This document shows positions 26,080 through 40,900 of a stretch of DNA of 64,000 nt, in pieces. The notes under the pieces are model-generated. The model saw only the letters and a list, made by a program, of their open reading frames with translations. It did not search any database and had not been told where the DNA came from. The DNA lies in the NCBI GenBank assembly GCA_964304625.1, contig OZ199838.1:11743608-11807607 (forward strand), written 5' to 3'. The stretch is from Kudoa neothunni (Eukaryota > Animalia > Cnidaria). A program made the position numbers and the translations under genes. Positions within the stretch are counted from its first letter, which is position 1. The number at the start of each line of letters is the position of its first letter.

Positions 26080-26499
26080 ACGGTAGCATCAATAGATAAT
26101 TAATAAAATTCGATTTTTGAATGTTAGACCTTTTTTTAAAACAACGAAACCCTCCACGAATCGCACATGAAGGTAAACATTTTTCTTTGGCTAATTGATT
26201 TCTCTTGATGATTATTGTGACGACGCTTACTACAATCTACCTACTTCGTGTCCACCCAATCCACTCATATACATCTTCATCAACAGAATTAAATTGTCCT
26301 GAATGCAAATAATTTCTATTTTTAGATTCAAAAAACATTTATAGGTTTTGATTATTTTATTTTTCATCTCTAGGATGCCATTAGGAGTCGAGATAATAGG
26401 TATTTTAAAACGTGATACAGTGACAGTTTTTGGGTCATTAGATAGGAGACTTTCATAATAATAAGTAATATTGTACTTTTCAGCAATAGGTATAGTCAT
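26080..26499 (-). pseudogene. Possible decayed Ginger/KRBA2-type integrase fragment
   Basis: Broken-frame fragments GGHEVGR, VYL..CDS, LKKGL follow the order of the integrase Zn-binding region; weak. Confidence 0.25.
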
Positions 26500-27027
26500 A
26501 GGAGTTTTTTGGCAATAAATATTGGCTTAACTAAATAATAAACAAGAAGTACTCGCAAAAAAGTGAGTGAAATCAGCCAATCACGTGACTTTTAGTTACA
26601 TTATTTTGCAACTTTTTAAAATAATTTGTATAAAAATTTTGATTTAAATATTATAAAAAACATATTATATAAACAATGAACCGAATAAATAACTAAATAA
26701 ATAAATACACTCACTGATTTTTATGAATTAATCTCACTAAAGTGGTATTTAAGCTTAGAAGAAGTGGAGGTAAATTCAGGTATTGATCTTATCAATATTT
26801 CAAAATAGGTTCCCTGAAATACTTAGACATTTATCACTTGTTTTTGTTTCCTCTGTAGAAGTGGCGTTAATGTGCCGATGTAGTATCCACCGTGATATAT
26901 GATTCTAATGAGACAAGCGGTTAAATGAACCAAAAAGTGTATATTATAATAAACAAAAAAATACACAGAAAACATAAAAATTACAGAAAATATATAGAGT
27001 TTATAATGATAAAAAATTAATCAGCTA

Positions 27028-28183
27028 TTACGGCTGGCTTTGTAATGAACAATCACTAGAATTTGGGGTCTTCTTTTTAAAATTTACGAACAATTGTGCT
27101 ATAATAGGTTGAAGTGCGGATCCCACCAAAATTTGTATTGGTTCAAAGAGCATAAGCGGCAGAGTGATCTCGGCTCGATTAACGGCCAATGAAAAATCGC
27201 GACCACTACTCAACAATGATTGGATAATAACCATGCCAGTACTGAGCGACTTTAAGCTGGAAGAATAGACAACAGCGTACATGTCTTTGGAATCAGCGGA
27301 ATCGATCATGAAGTAAACACCAACCATATACACGAATAAAATCATCACTGACTGGCATAACACAATTGAAAAAACCAACAACAACACCGATCTCGCACCG
27401 AACGACAGCCAATCTTGATGTTGGAACATATCGAGGAACAACATAAACAGAATGCATAAAAGTAGAATTTTGTTAATGTGAGATAGTTGGTTGCGATAGT
27501 CGGTATCAACGAGAAATCGATTCAATTTTTGAGAAAGCAATTTTCCCACAATCAAAGGTAATATAATGGTGATAAATATGTGAGAAACAGTATCCAATAG
27601 ATCGTGTTGTGGAACATCCATAGCATTCAACAAGAATCTATGCAACAGCAGCGGAGAGAGGACTATTCCGACAAAATTTCCAACAATAGAGTTCACTATA
27701 GCAGCAGGTTCATTTCCATTGATACTTTGGGTCAAAATAACTCCCGCTGAAATAGGAGGTGGCATAAAACACACCATCTAAATATTAATAATGTGAGTGA
27801 TTCATGGAGAGACATTTAAATGGTTGAAATTCCAAATAAACACTCACCACAAAGCCCAACAATAAGTTTTTATTGAAATCGATTAAGGTCATAAAATATC
27901 CAATGACAACACCAATTAAAGGATACACAACAAAGCTACAAAATAATGTAACCGAGGTCAAGTGGAAGTATTTCTCAATACTATCCAATTTGTCTATTGG
28001 GATCATTATCCCACATATAAAAAATATGCAAAAAATAATGGCATTAACAATAAAATGAGTTGTTTCTGAATTTAAGACGACCAGGTGATATTTCCCCAGT
28101 ACAAAAGATAACACAATACAACAGCCTAGAAGAATGTTGAACAAATATCTGTTCATTGTTTTATTATGTGAGTGCGTGCGCAT
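27028..28183 (-). CDS. SLC10A7: Sodium/bile acid cotransporter 7-like, 2 exons (start may be MNRY at 28156)
   Basis: CFMPPPISAGVILTQSINGNEPAAIVNS, KSLSTGM, LPLMLFEPIQILVGS; multiple TM helices; phase-0 intron 27778-27847. Confidence 0.9.
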
Positions 28184-29346
28184 ATATGAACATTATGGTA
28201 TAATGCGTTGTCCCCCAGATCCACAGATAATTATTTATAGTGATTTATGTATACAAAAGATAGCAATTTTTAGAATCATGTAATGAAATTTATTAGCATT
28301 AGATTTTTTTATAATACCTCTGATACAGTATTATACAGTGCTACATACGATAATATCCTAGCATGTCTAAGTAAGGATTTACTCAAAAATAACCCATTTG
28401 AGCAGTTAATAATCTGGGACTAGTTCGAATATGATGTATGTTGTTTTTATTTACTGGTGACTGAACTACGCAAATAATTCGAGCGGAAGAGTATGATGAG
28501 AGTTCAGTATATGTGAGCGGGTCATCCATCACCTAAAGTTTTATTTGTGAAAGACCAAAAATTAGAAAATCGGCTATATTAAACTGTTGAGACACTGAGG
28601 ACTAATTTTCTATAATATAATCTTAATAAGTGAGGATTGCCGAGAAATCTGAAAGATTTTTCCAATAAAACGAAAAGAGAAATTAATTGTTTAATAACAA
28701 AATGCAGTAAGATCTCGATATGATGCCACTTTTACTTAATCCAAATAAGCTATGCATTGAAAAGACTTTAGGAGAGAAAAGTGGCTATTATTGATTATTG
28801 ACACGGTAAATAATATTCAGGTATCAGTAGTCTTGACAATATTTAATTATTTCTGCCTCATAAGAGCGAAAAGGCGGATCAGAAATAGTTAAATCTGTAT
28901 ACTGATTTTGAGTAAGAGTTGTGGAGATTAAAAGTTGTCTTCGAGCAGGTGTACACACAGTTTAGGATTAAAATTTACCGTGCAAATAGTCTTTGCCTTT
29001 ATATCAAAATATGTATAGATAAATTCTATTATCTTGACTTCGATTTTTGATAGTTGGGTAAAAATTTATGAATAATTGTTATGATAAATGATGCTCTATT
29101 TTCATCGTACTTCATAAACTATTCAAATTCTCTGAAATCCGATTGTTGTCGATTATGACAAAATTTTTTATAATTTTAGTTTTATTGATACAAAAGTCAA
29201 TTCTCATTCTTTCAATTAATTTAAGTTGATAATAACGGATGATTATAAACTTGTCGACAGGTGTTAATGACGCATGCAATCACACCCTTATTTTCTGATG
29301 TCACCCCGAATCGTACCGAATATTTAAAACCAACGTTACCTACAGA

Positions 29347-30159
29347 ATGGCTGAGGAGGGAAGTATGTTATTTGAATAGTATTATTTTTAATGGAGTTTA
29401 GGCATTTTTGATATATTCAGAGTTGATAATGAGCAGAAAGTAGCTATTTTATCACGAGACATGACTGTTTATGAGTTTTGTGTAGCGAACATCTTACGAT
29501 CAAGCTGCTCAATCAAGAAACACCTACAATACAAATGGACCTAGTGTTTTTGAAAGGACAGCTAGGACAATGGGGAAAACATTTCTAACGAGTGATTTCA
29601 ACTGTAGGTTTTGTTCAACGATTTTTGTTGATCAACTTAGGCATGGCAATTGGAGCCAGTTGGGGCGCACTTCAAGCCTTACCTGCTGCACCCAAACATT
29701 CAGCTCCTCTACGATGGTATTTTCGCTTAATTAACACACATCACCCCTTCTCGTTTAGGACAGTTCAATCTTCCATAAAAAAAGGTCACTACACTGCCGA
29801 TAGAGTCACTTCATGTGGTACGCTATTTTGATTTGATCTTCTTCTAATGCTAGAAACTATTTAGTTTTTGTCTACCTTGTGACAGATATGTTAATGGAAG
29901 GCTCACGCGATCAGCGGGATGCTTTGAATACAATGGTTGCTGGTGGTGTCACTGGACTGCTTATGAAATCGTCTGGTACATATACACTTTTTGGATTATT
30001 TTTTGTATATTTTACATACTTTACGCCTTAGGTAATTGGAAATCAAAATTGTTTGGAGTTGTTGTGGGATCGTTTTTTGGAGGTTCGTATGGTGCCTATT
30101 TTTACGGCTTCCCGAGGAACATATTCTCTAAGAGTAGATATCGTACCACGCTATTTTAG
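29347..30159 (+). CDS. TIMM23: Mitochondrial inner-membrane translocase Tim17/22/23 family, most like Tim23; 7 exons
   Basis: Spliced: MAEEG..SVFERTARTMGKTFLTSMAIGASWGAL..RDQRDALNTMVAGGVTGLLMKSSG..; six GT-AG introns; TAG 30157-30159. Confidence 0.8.
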
Positions 30160-30243
30160 ATGCAAAGTTTCGATTTTATTTGTAAATTTTGTCATGCATG
30201 TGTTAGTCTAGAATTTTTTCTTTCCCAAAGTTTTTCATTTAGC

Positions 30244-30380
30244 CAGGGGTGGGAAAACTTTTTTATCTGAGGCCGCGTGGAGATAATACACTAAGGTGGG
30301 AGGTCACAACATTCAAAAATAACCTTTTATATTAACATAAAATGAAAATGAAAATAGAGCAATAGTTTTTTATTCTAAAT
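30244..30380 (+). mobile_element. Orphan left end of a hAT (Charlie-like) element
   Basis: caggggtgggaaaacttttt...ggccgc terminus typical of hAT MITEs; no partner end found. Confidence 0.45.
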
Positions 30381-31533
30381 TAACGGTTCTCAGCCTAGGG
30401 AGCACGGATCCCCGAGGGGTTCGAATACGAATCAAAGGGAATCCGTGAATGATTTCAATAAAATTCGATTCCAATTTTACCGTTATTTATTATAATTGGA
30501 TGTTATTTAACATTGGTTAAATTGTTACAAATTTCGAATATAGCCTTTCTTTATTGTTGCTTATGAATATTTTATATTTATTACAGAATTAGCTTGTTAT
30601 AATTTATTTTGTAAAAAAATCTTTAAAAACAAAAGTTATTCAGTTGGTTATTTGATAAAGACTCAAACTTTCTAACAAATATTTCTTAAAGTCGCAGACT
30701 ATGTATGCAATAAGGATGATTACTCATTTTACACAACCTGTTGTTGCAGGACTAGATTTCAATGTTTGTTACCATACAATGAAGCTAAATCGCTTATATG
30801 CGTGTTGCTCTTTCAAATACTTTTTCAGAATTCTGTAAACTTATTGACAAAATGCAACTACAAATATCTCATTAAATATTCAAGGAATATTTTTTGTTTA
30901 TGTAAAAAACAGGTTTTTTGCATTAATCTCGCTTCCATTATATTATACTTCCTTCTTTGATAACTCTTTATTTTAATAAACACTATAATTAACAAAAATA
31001 GAAATTTTTTCGTGGATTTTACTTTTAAACATTTACCAACGTATACATAAGAATTTTAAAAATTTTATTAAAGTTTTCATTTTTAGATATTATGTGTCAT
31101 TGTCTATACTTGGTTAGATTTTTAGTTATTTATGAAAAAATAATTCATATCTTAATGCTTAAAAATTTTTAATATATATTTTAAAACAAACCTAATAGAC
31201 AATTAATATACGCACTAAATATTTTAATCACATTGGAGATATCAAAAAAATAATTCAAGTTAGCCGTTTCGTTCCCATTTTTTTTCGCATCGATAATTTT
31301 TCAAATTAAATAATTATTAAAATTATACACAATTTGAATTTTATTTGTTTCAAATAAATAATTAAACAATAAGTTGAGTCACTTTTAATCTGTCCACTAA
31401 AGAGGACAATGGGAACGAAAGAGTTAAAATATTCATGTGTATATTTGGATTATACATTAAAACAAGGTGGGGTCCGTTCTAAGTCTATTGAACACATTAG
31501 GGATCCCTAAGGAAAAAAGGTTTAGAACCACTG
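30381..31533. mobile_element. Non-autonomous hAT element
   Basis: Left taacggttctcagcct, right reverse complement cagtggttctaaacct; subterminal ggatccc/gggtccg motifs; flanks ttctaaat / ttttaaag (6/8 match). Confidence 0.6.
31260..31427. mobile_element. piggyBac-like MITE nested in the hAT element
   Basis: ttag-ccgtttcgttcccatt ... aatgggaacgaaagag-ttaa. Confidence 0.6.
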
Positions 31534-31738
31534 TTTTAAAGGAAATACAATGTCAGATATGTAGTTAACTATATTGAAGATAATCTTACAATTATTTGAT
31601 CCTATAAATCATATAAAACACAACTTAAATTGATATTCATTTTCATAATTTAAAAAGTTTCATTTAGATAATTACCCAATAGAAAATGCGTAAACACTTA
31701 GCGGTTTACGAATGTGCGCATGCCTTAACTGTTAGAAA

Positions 31739-33730
31739 ATGACCAAGTTTGGTGTGTTGAAGCATAAATCTCATATACTTAAAAATTCTGCTCTTAACCA
31801 CGCCGAAGATAATGAAAACATTGAGCAACACTCAAATAACCTATCTATAAAACCAATCGTTCTCAGGAAGCCTAATCACGTAAAACCTTTGAAGATATTA
31901 CATGAAGTTCAACAAGAAACCTTAAGATTGTACGAACTCAATAGATTTCAACAGAAATGCAATATTAGTGATCAACCCAAATCTTCAGAGCTACCAAAAG
32001 ATGAGTCGGAATTAAGCGATCCATCTATTCCAAGTTTTATCACTCATCTAGGCGATATAAAATCAACTAAAAGCAGTGATTTTCAAGTATTTAACACTTT
32101 AAGAGAACAGTCACACTTGAAACTTACTGATATGATTCAACGTATTAATGGTACGCCATCAACTCTTGCTAAAATTTACGAGAATAAACGTAAAATCGAA
32201 CTCTTATATGAGACATTTTTGAAATGTCGTCGTGTAATTGTACTTGACTTGGCTCAAATTGAATTTATTCTTTCTTTGTTGCCCACACAAGTTAATGAAC
32301 GTATTCGCATACGTCATGGCAACTTTTACGAGCTTACAAAACTACAAATGAATAAGTGTGATGAAGTCAATGTGACTAATTTGAAAAAGCTATACGAAAT
32401 TAGAGCTTATCTGCATCAAATTTTTGAGAGTGTGTTTATTGTTATCAGAGAAATGTCCAAAGAAAATATCTCTTCAACAGAAACTGGTGATAAACATCCC
32501 ACTGGGAAAAATGATAAAATGGAAGAATCTTCATTTGTCATCCGCAATTTAGGAATTCTTGATGTGCCTAAAGAACAAAAATTGAGCCCTAATACCTCTA
32601 ATGTAATGGTAACTGAAACGGATTCAACCTCAACAAAGGAAGAGGAGAAAAAACCTGATCCTGTTGATCTTGATACGCTTCTATATCCCAAATTGATGGA
32701 TTACAGTTTTAGTTATCAATTTAATCGAGACGCATTGAAACAAATGCTTGATCAACTTACTGATGAGTCCAGCAAACAACAGTTTATTAGTGAAAACGGT
32801 GGAAAATCACGTCAAATATTAACTAAGGAAATCGTTGTTGAAATCAATAGACTTGGTGGTTTTGATTTACACTTGAAAACGATCCAACCCATTTTGAAAC
32901 GATTGTTTTCTCGGCCTGAAGAGTTGGAACCGGAATCCAGATCATTGAACTTGATGAAAAATTGGGGCGCATTTCAATACTATTGTGAAAATCTAATTGA
33001 TGCGGTGAAAAAGTTGTTCTATACTCCTATCCCGGATCGTGATATTGTCACGCCAGTGTTGTCTCATTATATGGCATCATTAGCTATCTGCAATCCATAC
33101 TTCCGTGTCTATGTTCAGTATTTTATAGTGGATATTAGTGAATTTTATCTTCTTGAAATGGAATCGAATGAACGTAAGTATATCAAATGTTGGCGCGTGT
33201 ATTAATTATCTTTATATTCAGCTAAAAAATCGCATATGGATACAATGAAATTGGATCGACTGGACAACATCTATCACTTTATGGCATATTTGTACTTGAC
33301 CCCATCTGGAGTTGGTTTGAGTGAGAAAGTACAACTAACATGTTTTGGGGTAAGAAATGCTTGGTATGTGTTGGCTAGAGTAGCCAATTCTGATTCACCT
33401 TATGTTGAACTCAAAGTTGTAATTGTTTATCGTTTCTTGCAAATCTGTGGATTTGCAATGATGGTGTTCTATCAGAACCAATTTGTCAAACTGCTCAACT
33501 ATATTATTGTGCATTGTATGCCCAAATGGAAAAAAAGTTTACCAGACACGGCCTATCCTTTCTTCATTAGGCTTCATGATCTCATCAATGAGGCCTGTAT
33601 GACTGGAATATTCGATAGACCAAAGTATCTCAATAAGAAGATCTTCCCCTACCTCAATCGGACCAATATTCCAAAGTTCAATGATAGGGAGTTGTTTTGT
33701 ATTCGCAACTATAGACTTATGTATGATTAA
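31739..33730 (+). CDS. GLE1: mRNA export factor / nucleoporin GLE1, 2 exons
   Basis: C-terminal AWYVLARVAN..FLQICGFAMMVFYQNQFVKLL..FIRL..C...PK matches the GLE1 domain; phase-1 intron 33174-33221 joins the two ORFs. Confidence 0.85.
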
Positions 33731-35795
33731 ATGTTGTTTATTTTTGTAATTAATATGTTTGGTTTTTGCGTCATATTAAAATTCTTCATCATTAGATATT
33801 AATTTATTTTACTTTATTTTATCATCTATCGCTCGAATCCAATAAAATATTGAAATATTTCAATTATTGGCGTGTTTTGGATTTGTTAAACCAATTGTTT
33901 CGTTCGCAAATATTTATCGCATTGTCTCCCAACGTGATGCGTGAATAAACTTTGATTGGACGTGGAAATTTTTAAACGGTTAATATACCGCTCTGGTGGG
34001 ACATGGACAATACTGAGTATTGTTGTGACGCTGATAATGGTGGGATAATTGGGAGGATGATGTACTTTTAAGTCAATATCACGATTCTCGTTATCATTTA
34101 TTTTTAATTGACGATTGACATCATAAAAAACAAAAATCAATGACTAACTATATAAAAATTAATAATAATATTTAACATGTCCTTCGCCCGAATAGCATCA
34201 GAATGGTTTGGTCTTATTCTTGTCCCATTTAGAATCGTATAACCATTTTTCGATTAAACCTAATATAATATTGATTAATTCGATATTTATATTATTTATT
34301 CTCCGTTTATTAGCCCAGAGTACACTAAAATTTTACCTAATGAAGGTTTGATTGCTACGAGTTTTATTTGACGCTGTTTTTAGCGGAATGAAGAATTAAA
34401 GATGTTAATTTTTAAGGTCCAACGATAGATTAAGTTAGATTTGATCAAACACATTTTAATTCTAATGAGAAAGGAAGTATATATTAATTGCTTTCAAATT
34501 TTAATGTGATACGGAGCTTTATTCAATGTTATGAACAGTTTAAGTTAAAAAATCAATACTTTTGAAAAAGTTGGACGCGATAGGAAAAAGGTTGATTAAC
34601 ACTGGGTTATAAGATTGTTGATTAGTCAGACAAACATCATAAACAATGCAGCCACCGCTTGTTGATTAAATGAATTTTATTTCTCGTGTACCCACAATTG
34701 TGTGGGAGTTTAACCCGTTAAACATATTAATCTCTCAGCATTTGCTTTTGAAACTTTAAATCTAAGGGCATTCAACCCTTCAAGCCAAAGTGCTGCATCA
34801 TATTTGATGAATTCCTCAAAGCTCGAACGTGTAATTCGATCTACAACAACAAACGTAACTTACACCATGGAATAGAGCTTTATTTCCTATATATTAAGTG
34901 GGGTTACAAGCCTCTATATTAAAGGCTCTAACATAACTCACTGTTAAATAAATTGTTTCATTTAGTTGGAAAATTTATTCATTTGGTTAACTTAGAGGCC
35001 AACGTAGGAGTGAAATTAATTGTCTTATTTACTCCCTGACTTATGTATTTTTGAATGATTATCTTTTAAAAAAGTTAAAAGTTCAAAAGAAATTGTGCAT
35101 AAATATTTGTTTTTCCATCTTTATTAAAATAATGTTAACTCTGAAGTAAGCGCCACATCATATGGCTAATATTAATTGGTCGTATAAAAATAAATTCTAC
35201 ACATGAACTCTGTTAAATAATTGAAGGTAAATTTTAGTCCAGATTCGATAACTATACAGAAATAATTTTTATACATAGAAAAAATTAGTTTAAGTAATAA
35301 TTGGTAATAATGGCTTGCTAAGTATAAATAAGCTATCCTTATTTATTTTTGGGGTCCCCCTCTTAGTAATGATGATTTTACCTTGAAAATTAAATGTGAA
35401 ATTCAGTTATTTTGCGATTAATTGGTTTATAGGTACAATAATGCCCAAGTAATGAATGGACAGACAGAGAGTAGAATTAGAGTATATAACTTAAAATCAT
35501 TACACCCATTCTATCTATCCGTATTTTAGCAATTAAGCTACTACATTGATAAACCTCCAAAAATTATGCTCAAATTAGGCGAAACCCAACCAAATGTTTT
35601 AGGAACTATAATCTTAGCCGCGATTAGTTTAACTATTCGAGTGAAATGGTGGTATATGTAATCGATAAAACGATATTCAAAAGATCCAGGGTCAAAATTT
35701 AATCACAGTCAAAAAACAAACCAACCCCATGCAAACAATAAACTATTGTAATCCAATTCAGCAGAAAACACAACAGTAGCTAATATTATAGTAGT

Positions 35796-36236
<441 letters not shown>

Positions 36237-37959
36237 CTACAAAGAGGGTTATGGAATCCGGTGGGAATGATGAAGAAAAATCACCTACACTACAGCAGTT
36301 GTAAATTGATTGCTCGCGCACACGGTAAACGTGATCATTCGTATTTTGCGTAGCAACGATAATAATTAAAAGATACTGGATATTCGGTAGATTATAATAC
36401 GTTATAAAATTAGGTCTAGCTAAAATAATCCATTTTTGTGGATAAAATTGATTTTTACTGAATAATTACTATTGTGTAATCATCTCGTTTGCTGTCGTTG
36501 AGTTCCGACTTTAACAGAATAATTTACGAGAGGATCTCAAGTATTTTTCTGAACTTCACTGCCGCCGAAAGCCATTAAAATGCCCTGAATCGAAACTTAA
36601 CATCGATCTACGGATAGTTTAAAATTTTGATAACTCTGCATGAAATATTCGGCCAACGAATGACTACTAGTAAATACATCTATACATGTTTAACTCATGT
36701 GAACATTACACTATTAATTTTAATACGCGATAAAAAAAGGTGAATTAATGAATATCGGTAAAATAATCAAATATTTGGTTAGTTTAATTTAACTGTGTAG
36801 TTAATGAAAAAGCCTAGATTTATGATAAAGAAAATTTTACTTCGTTTTTGTGTTAAAACTTTTTCATCAGCCTCTTTAAACTAATTAAATAAATTAGTGA
36901 TTGAAATAAAAATCCGAAGCTTACAGGATTAAACAGAAATTCAGCTCTTATTCTTTAAAAAGCTTTTATTTTAGTTTCAATCTTAAAACAAATGTTTTAA
37001 TTGATTATTCTTTCAATCAAACTAAATTGAAAATTTGTAAAGTTTACAATCATCATTTAATTAACTTTAATTACAAGCAAATATATATTACTTTTTAAAT
37101 TAAATTCAACCATGTTAAAAGTTTGTTTCTATTGATTATATTTTCAGTACTAATCACAGTCAACAATGGTTATTGAGTGGTTTTCTCAGGGATTGATAAA
37201 AGGATACGCAATGTCGATATAACTCCGTGTTCATGAAAAAATAAGATTTAAGTGTTATTTTTCAAATAAACAATAATTTACAATTATTTTAAACCCTGTA
37301 ATGATCCCAACAACGATGAACGTGTAGTAGAATGGGGTAAAATTTACCTCAAAACCATTAGAGAGTTAACCAATCTGTTATTAAGTGCATTTTATTTAGA
37401 TTTTATAATTTTAGATAATCTATCAATCAGTTGATAGGAACAACACAGTCCATTTCCAAGAAGACATTTTTCAGTTTTTCTACAGCTAGAGTAATTTTGA
37501 TATCCTCATTTATATCGAGACGAGCATCATTTTGGGTATTCATACTCTAAACTGATTCAAATTTGTTCGTCTATTTTTAATATGTAGGTAGCATTGATAA
37601 GTATGAACATGTTTTTAATTTTAAATAAAATGTATTACACTTGTATATATTACGTCATTGAACAGATTCTTCATCTAATTTAACAAATTACAGCCTCAAG
37701 GAGTAATAAGAAAAATAATTCTCCCCCTTGTAAATTCTATCTCCTTTCAGGATAAGATTTCTGTTTGACTAAATTGAGATTGACTTCGAGAATAAAAATG
37801 ATTTGAGAATTGCATTTTGAATTAAAAAAATAAATCCAAAACATTAATTGCCCAGTTTATAAATACATCAATTATTGTAAATCAAGCAAAACATGCGAAT
37901 AACGATAAAATTCTGATTTATTGTCCAACAAATAGAAGAGTTGTTGTTGAGCTGCAACA

Positions 37960-40900
37960 TTATTCAATCACGTCTTCGTATAATAAGCCCTCTTCAGAAT
38001 CTTCAATAATGAAGTGGAAAGATTTATTCCGAACCAGGAGGAATTTGAATTTATGGGATATGAATTTTGAAATTCGTTCTATCGCTTTAGATTTCTTGCC
38101 AATCAACCACAACATACCGACAAAAAATGCAATGAGCAACATTATTAAGAACACTGAACCACTTTTTAGGTAAAACTTGACGTGGCAAATAGTTTCATCC
38201 TCTCCCATTGGGCAATCTTTGACTCCGTTGCAAATATCAGACGACTCAAGACATAGATTATCACACACATAATAGCACATAAGTTCCTCACCTGAAGCAG
38301 AAAAATAATTGTAATTAAAATATAATCCTCAGTTACAGTTGACCTCGTCAGATTTATCGATACAATCGTATATTTTGTTGCACCGTAAATGTCTATTGAT
38401 TATTTGACCATTGCTACACAAGAACTTCTTCCCCACATCTTTTGCTATAATATTTTCAAAACAATCTCTTCTACACGGGTACATCAATATGTAGCTTACA
38501 CACGCAATCCATTTCATCGAAATTATTTCCGCAATCATTCTTCCCGTTACATTCCAAATTTTCAGCAATGCATTTCCCGTTACGACAACTGAATTCATTC
38601 GCATTGCATTGATAAAATTGATTCGGATGAATTCCTGACACAAATTCATAATCGCTGATAGTTTTGCAAACTTTTGGAGGAATATTATTGCAAAGAAACC
38701 TTTGGATACCTTTTTAATCATTAATAAAAATATAAAAGTAATATAAATGCCTACTTGTCGGTTTATGACAGTTTTTTTCATCAGATCCATCATCACAATC
38801 AACGTGACCATCACATAACAATTCCTTTAATATACACATTTTATTGCCACATTGGAATTCATTTGCACCACACACATTCCCTAAAAAGAAATAGGATATA
38901 AATGAACGATGAATAATGTTTACAATTTGCTCCTTCACGGACACATTGTTGATAATGAGGTGAATTTTCAACTAAGTCGCGTTGGTAACCATCAGAACAC
39001 AAACAGTTCATCTGATTGGATATTATGAAACAAAGCTCGTGTCTGTTTCTAAAGTTTTTGTCCGATATATCTACGATGGATGGATTAGAAAGAGTAAAAC
39101 TCAGTAATCATATATTACGAGTCCATTTGACAAAGTGGTAGGATATTTTGTGGGGGCGCTTACTAACTTTCAACGATGTTTTAGTTCCATTGGGATAGGA
39201 TTGGGTCAAACTATTCCGGGTAACAAAAATAAACGAATTACGAATATATGTAGCATCAATCGTGTGTTCCTCCACTGCAGTATGTGTTTGGTTCTAGAAT
39301 AAACACCATTGGCATACGCATACGTTATCAGTAATAACGTACATGCAGTAAATGTCCTAGCCAAGTGTAAAATTTTAGCGTTCTTTCTTTCAGGCAAATA
39401 GCTAAAATTAGCAACTTTTCTTTGTCATATTGGAAAATGTCCGCACAGTTTATCGTATAAAAATCTGGAACCGTAGTCCCATTATACATGAACATTTGTA
39501 AAGAGTTTCTATTTTTAAGTCTGGCTAAAATAAAACTAAAGACAATAAAATATATTATTAAAAATTTATCAAGGTACCCCATTTCGGAAATCATTTCAAA
39601 ATGGTCAATATCGAGAGGATACTTGGTGAGGGCCACTTGAGTCAATTTATATGGACAGAAAACTTTCAGAATATAATGTGTAGTAAGGTAAAAAAGATAT
39701 CCAGTCAAATAGTCATATTTGAGCATTTGAATGGTGTCAGTCACTTCTGGAATAATCGTGAAGTTGGCTTGTTTCCAGTTATCTAAAATCCACCCACGTC
39801 CATGAGTACACAATACGAATGGAATAGATTGTTGATTACAAGCATAGGTCCAACAAGATTTAACAAGTCTTCTCTCTTTGGAAGAAACCGCATATAAACA
39901 GCGACTTCCAAAGTTGATCTCAACGTGAGATACAGTTTGGTTGAATGTGATAACAAGATTGGGGGCATTTTCTACTTGCTCACCTAATCTTGGTGACCAT
40001 ACCCATAAACTATCCGAATAGGTAAGCGTTAAAAATTCTGATTCCCCTAAAGTGAAAACAAATGAAACTGGGATCCAATGGCTCAAATTTAGCGTATTAT
40101 ACAGCCGAAAAGACAAATTTCCGAGGCCACTACTCCATCATCCATGGTAGAACACCGATGAACGTTGACCAATTTGTTACTTAAAATATTATTAGATTTT
40201 TGTAGTTCAGGTTCTATAACAACCCTAGTATAACTCGTTTACCAAAGTGAGAGCGATTGCAAACGTCGGATGCAGCATTATGGTCAGGGTCTGGATTACA
40301 ATTATCAGACCAATCTCTTATATATCCATAAGCGCTTAACGGTGATAGTAATTACGGCGTTGAAAAATCCAAGCAAAAATTAATACCATGGGAAATTACG
40401 TTCATCACACGTACAGAAAGTCTTTTGAATCACTGATCTGTCCTTACTGATGTAATAGGAACGAAAATGAATATTGTCATCAGAAATTTTAGGTTGTTCT
40501 CCCCGATAGCACTCACCCCCCTCCTTGGGGTAAAACATTCTAAGTTCAGATGATACTATAAAATTAATCAAATTAAATCAAACATATAAGCATAATTATA
40601 CCATTGGGTACGTTAAAAATTGTTATATGTAACTTTTTTTCATGAATCGGGCGAGAAAGCACTATAAGAATAGGGTTTTGAGGATTTTCAACAGTGAATT
40701 TTTTCAAAACAATATGGTTTCCGTGGAAAACTTTCAAATTTTCCCAACTCAACCCATAATCATAACTTATTCTATTGGGCACCCGTTAGCAACAAAACTA
40801 AGAACAAGTTTATGATTACTTAAATACTGAAGTGACCCGAGAATTGGAAAGAATCCACGGACTGTTCTGGAATTGTGTAATTTCCATGGATTCTCTAAAA

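Noticed and set aside
28380-29000. Possible hAT transposase relic
   Set aside because: Only faint, out-of-order motif hints.
34330-34900. Possible P-element/THAP9 relic (CCIIFDE)
   Set aside because: A single short motif is insufficient without a search.
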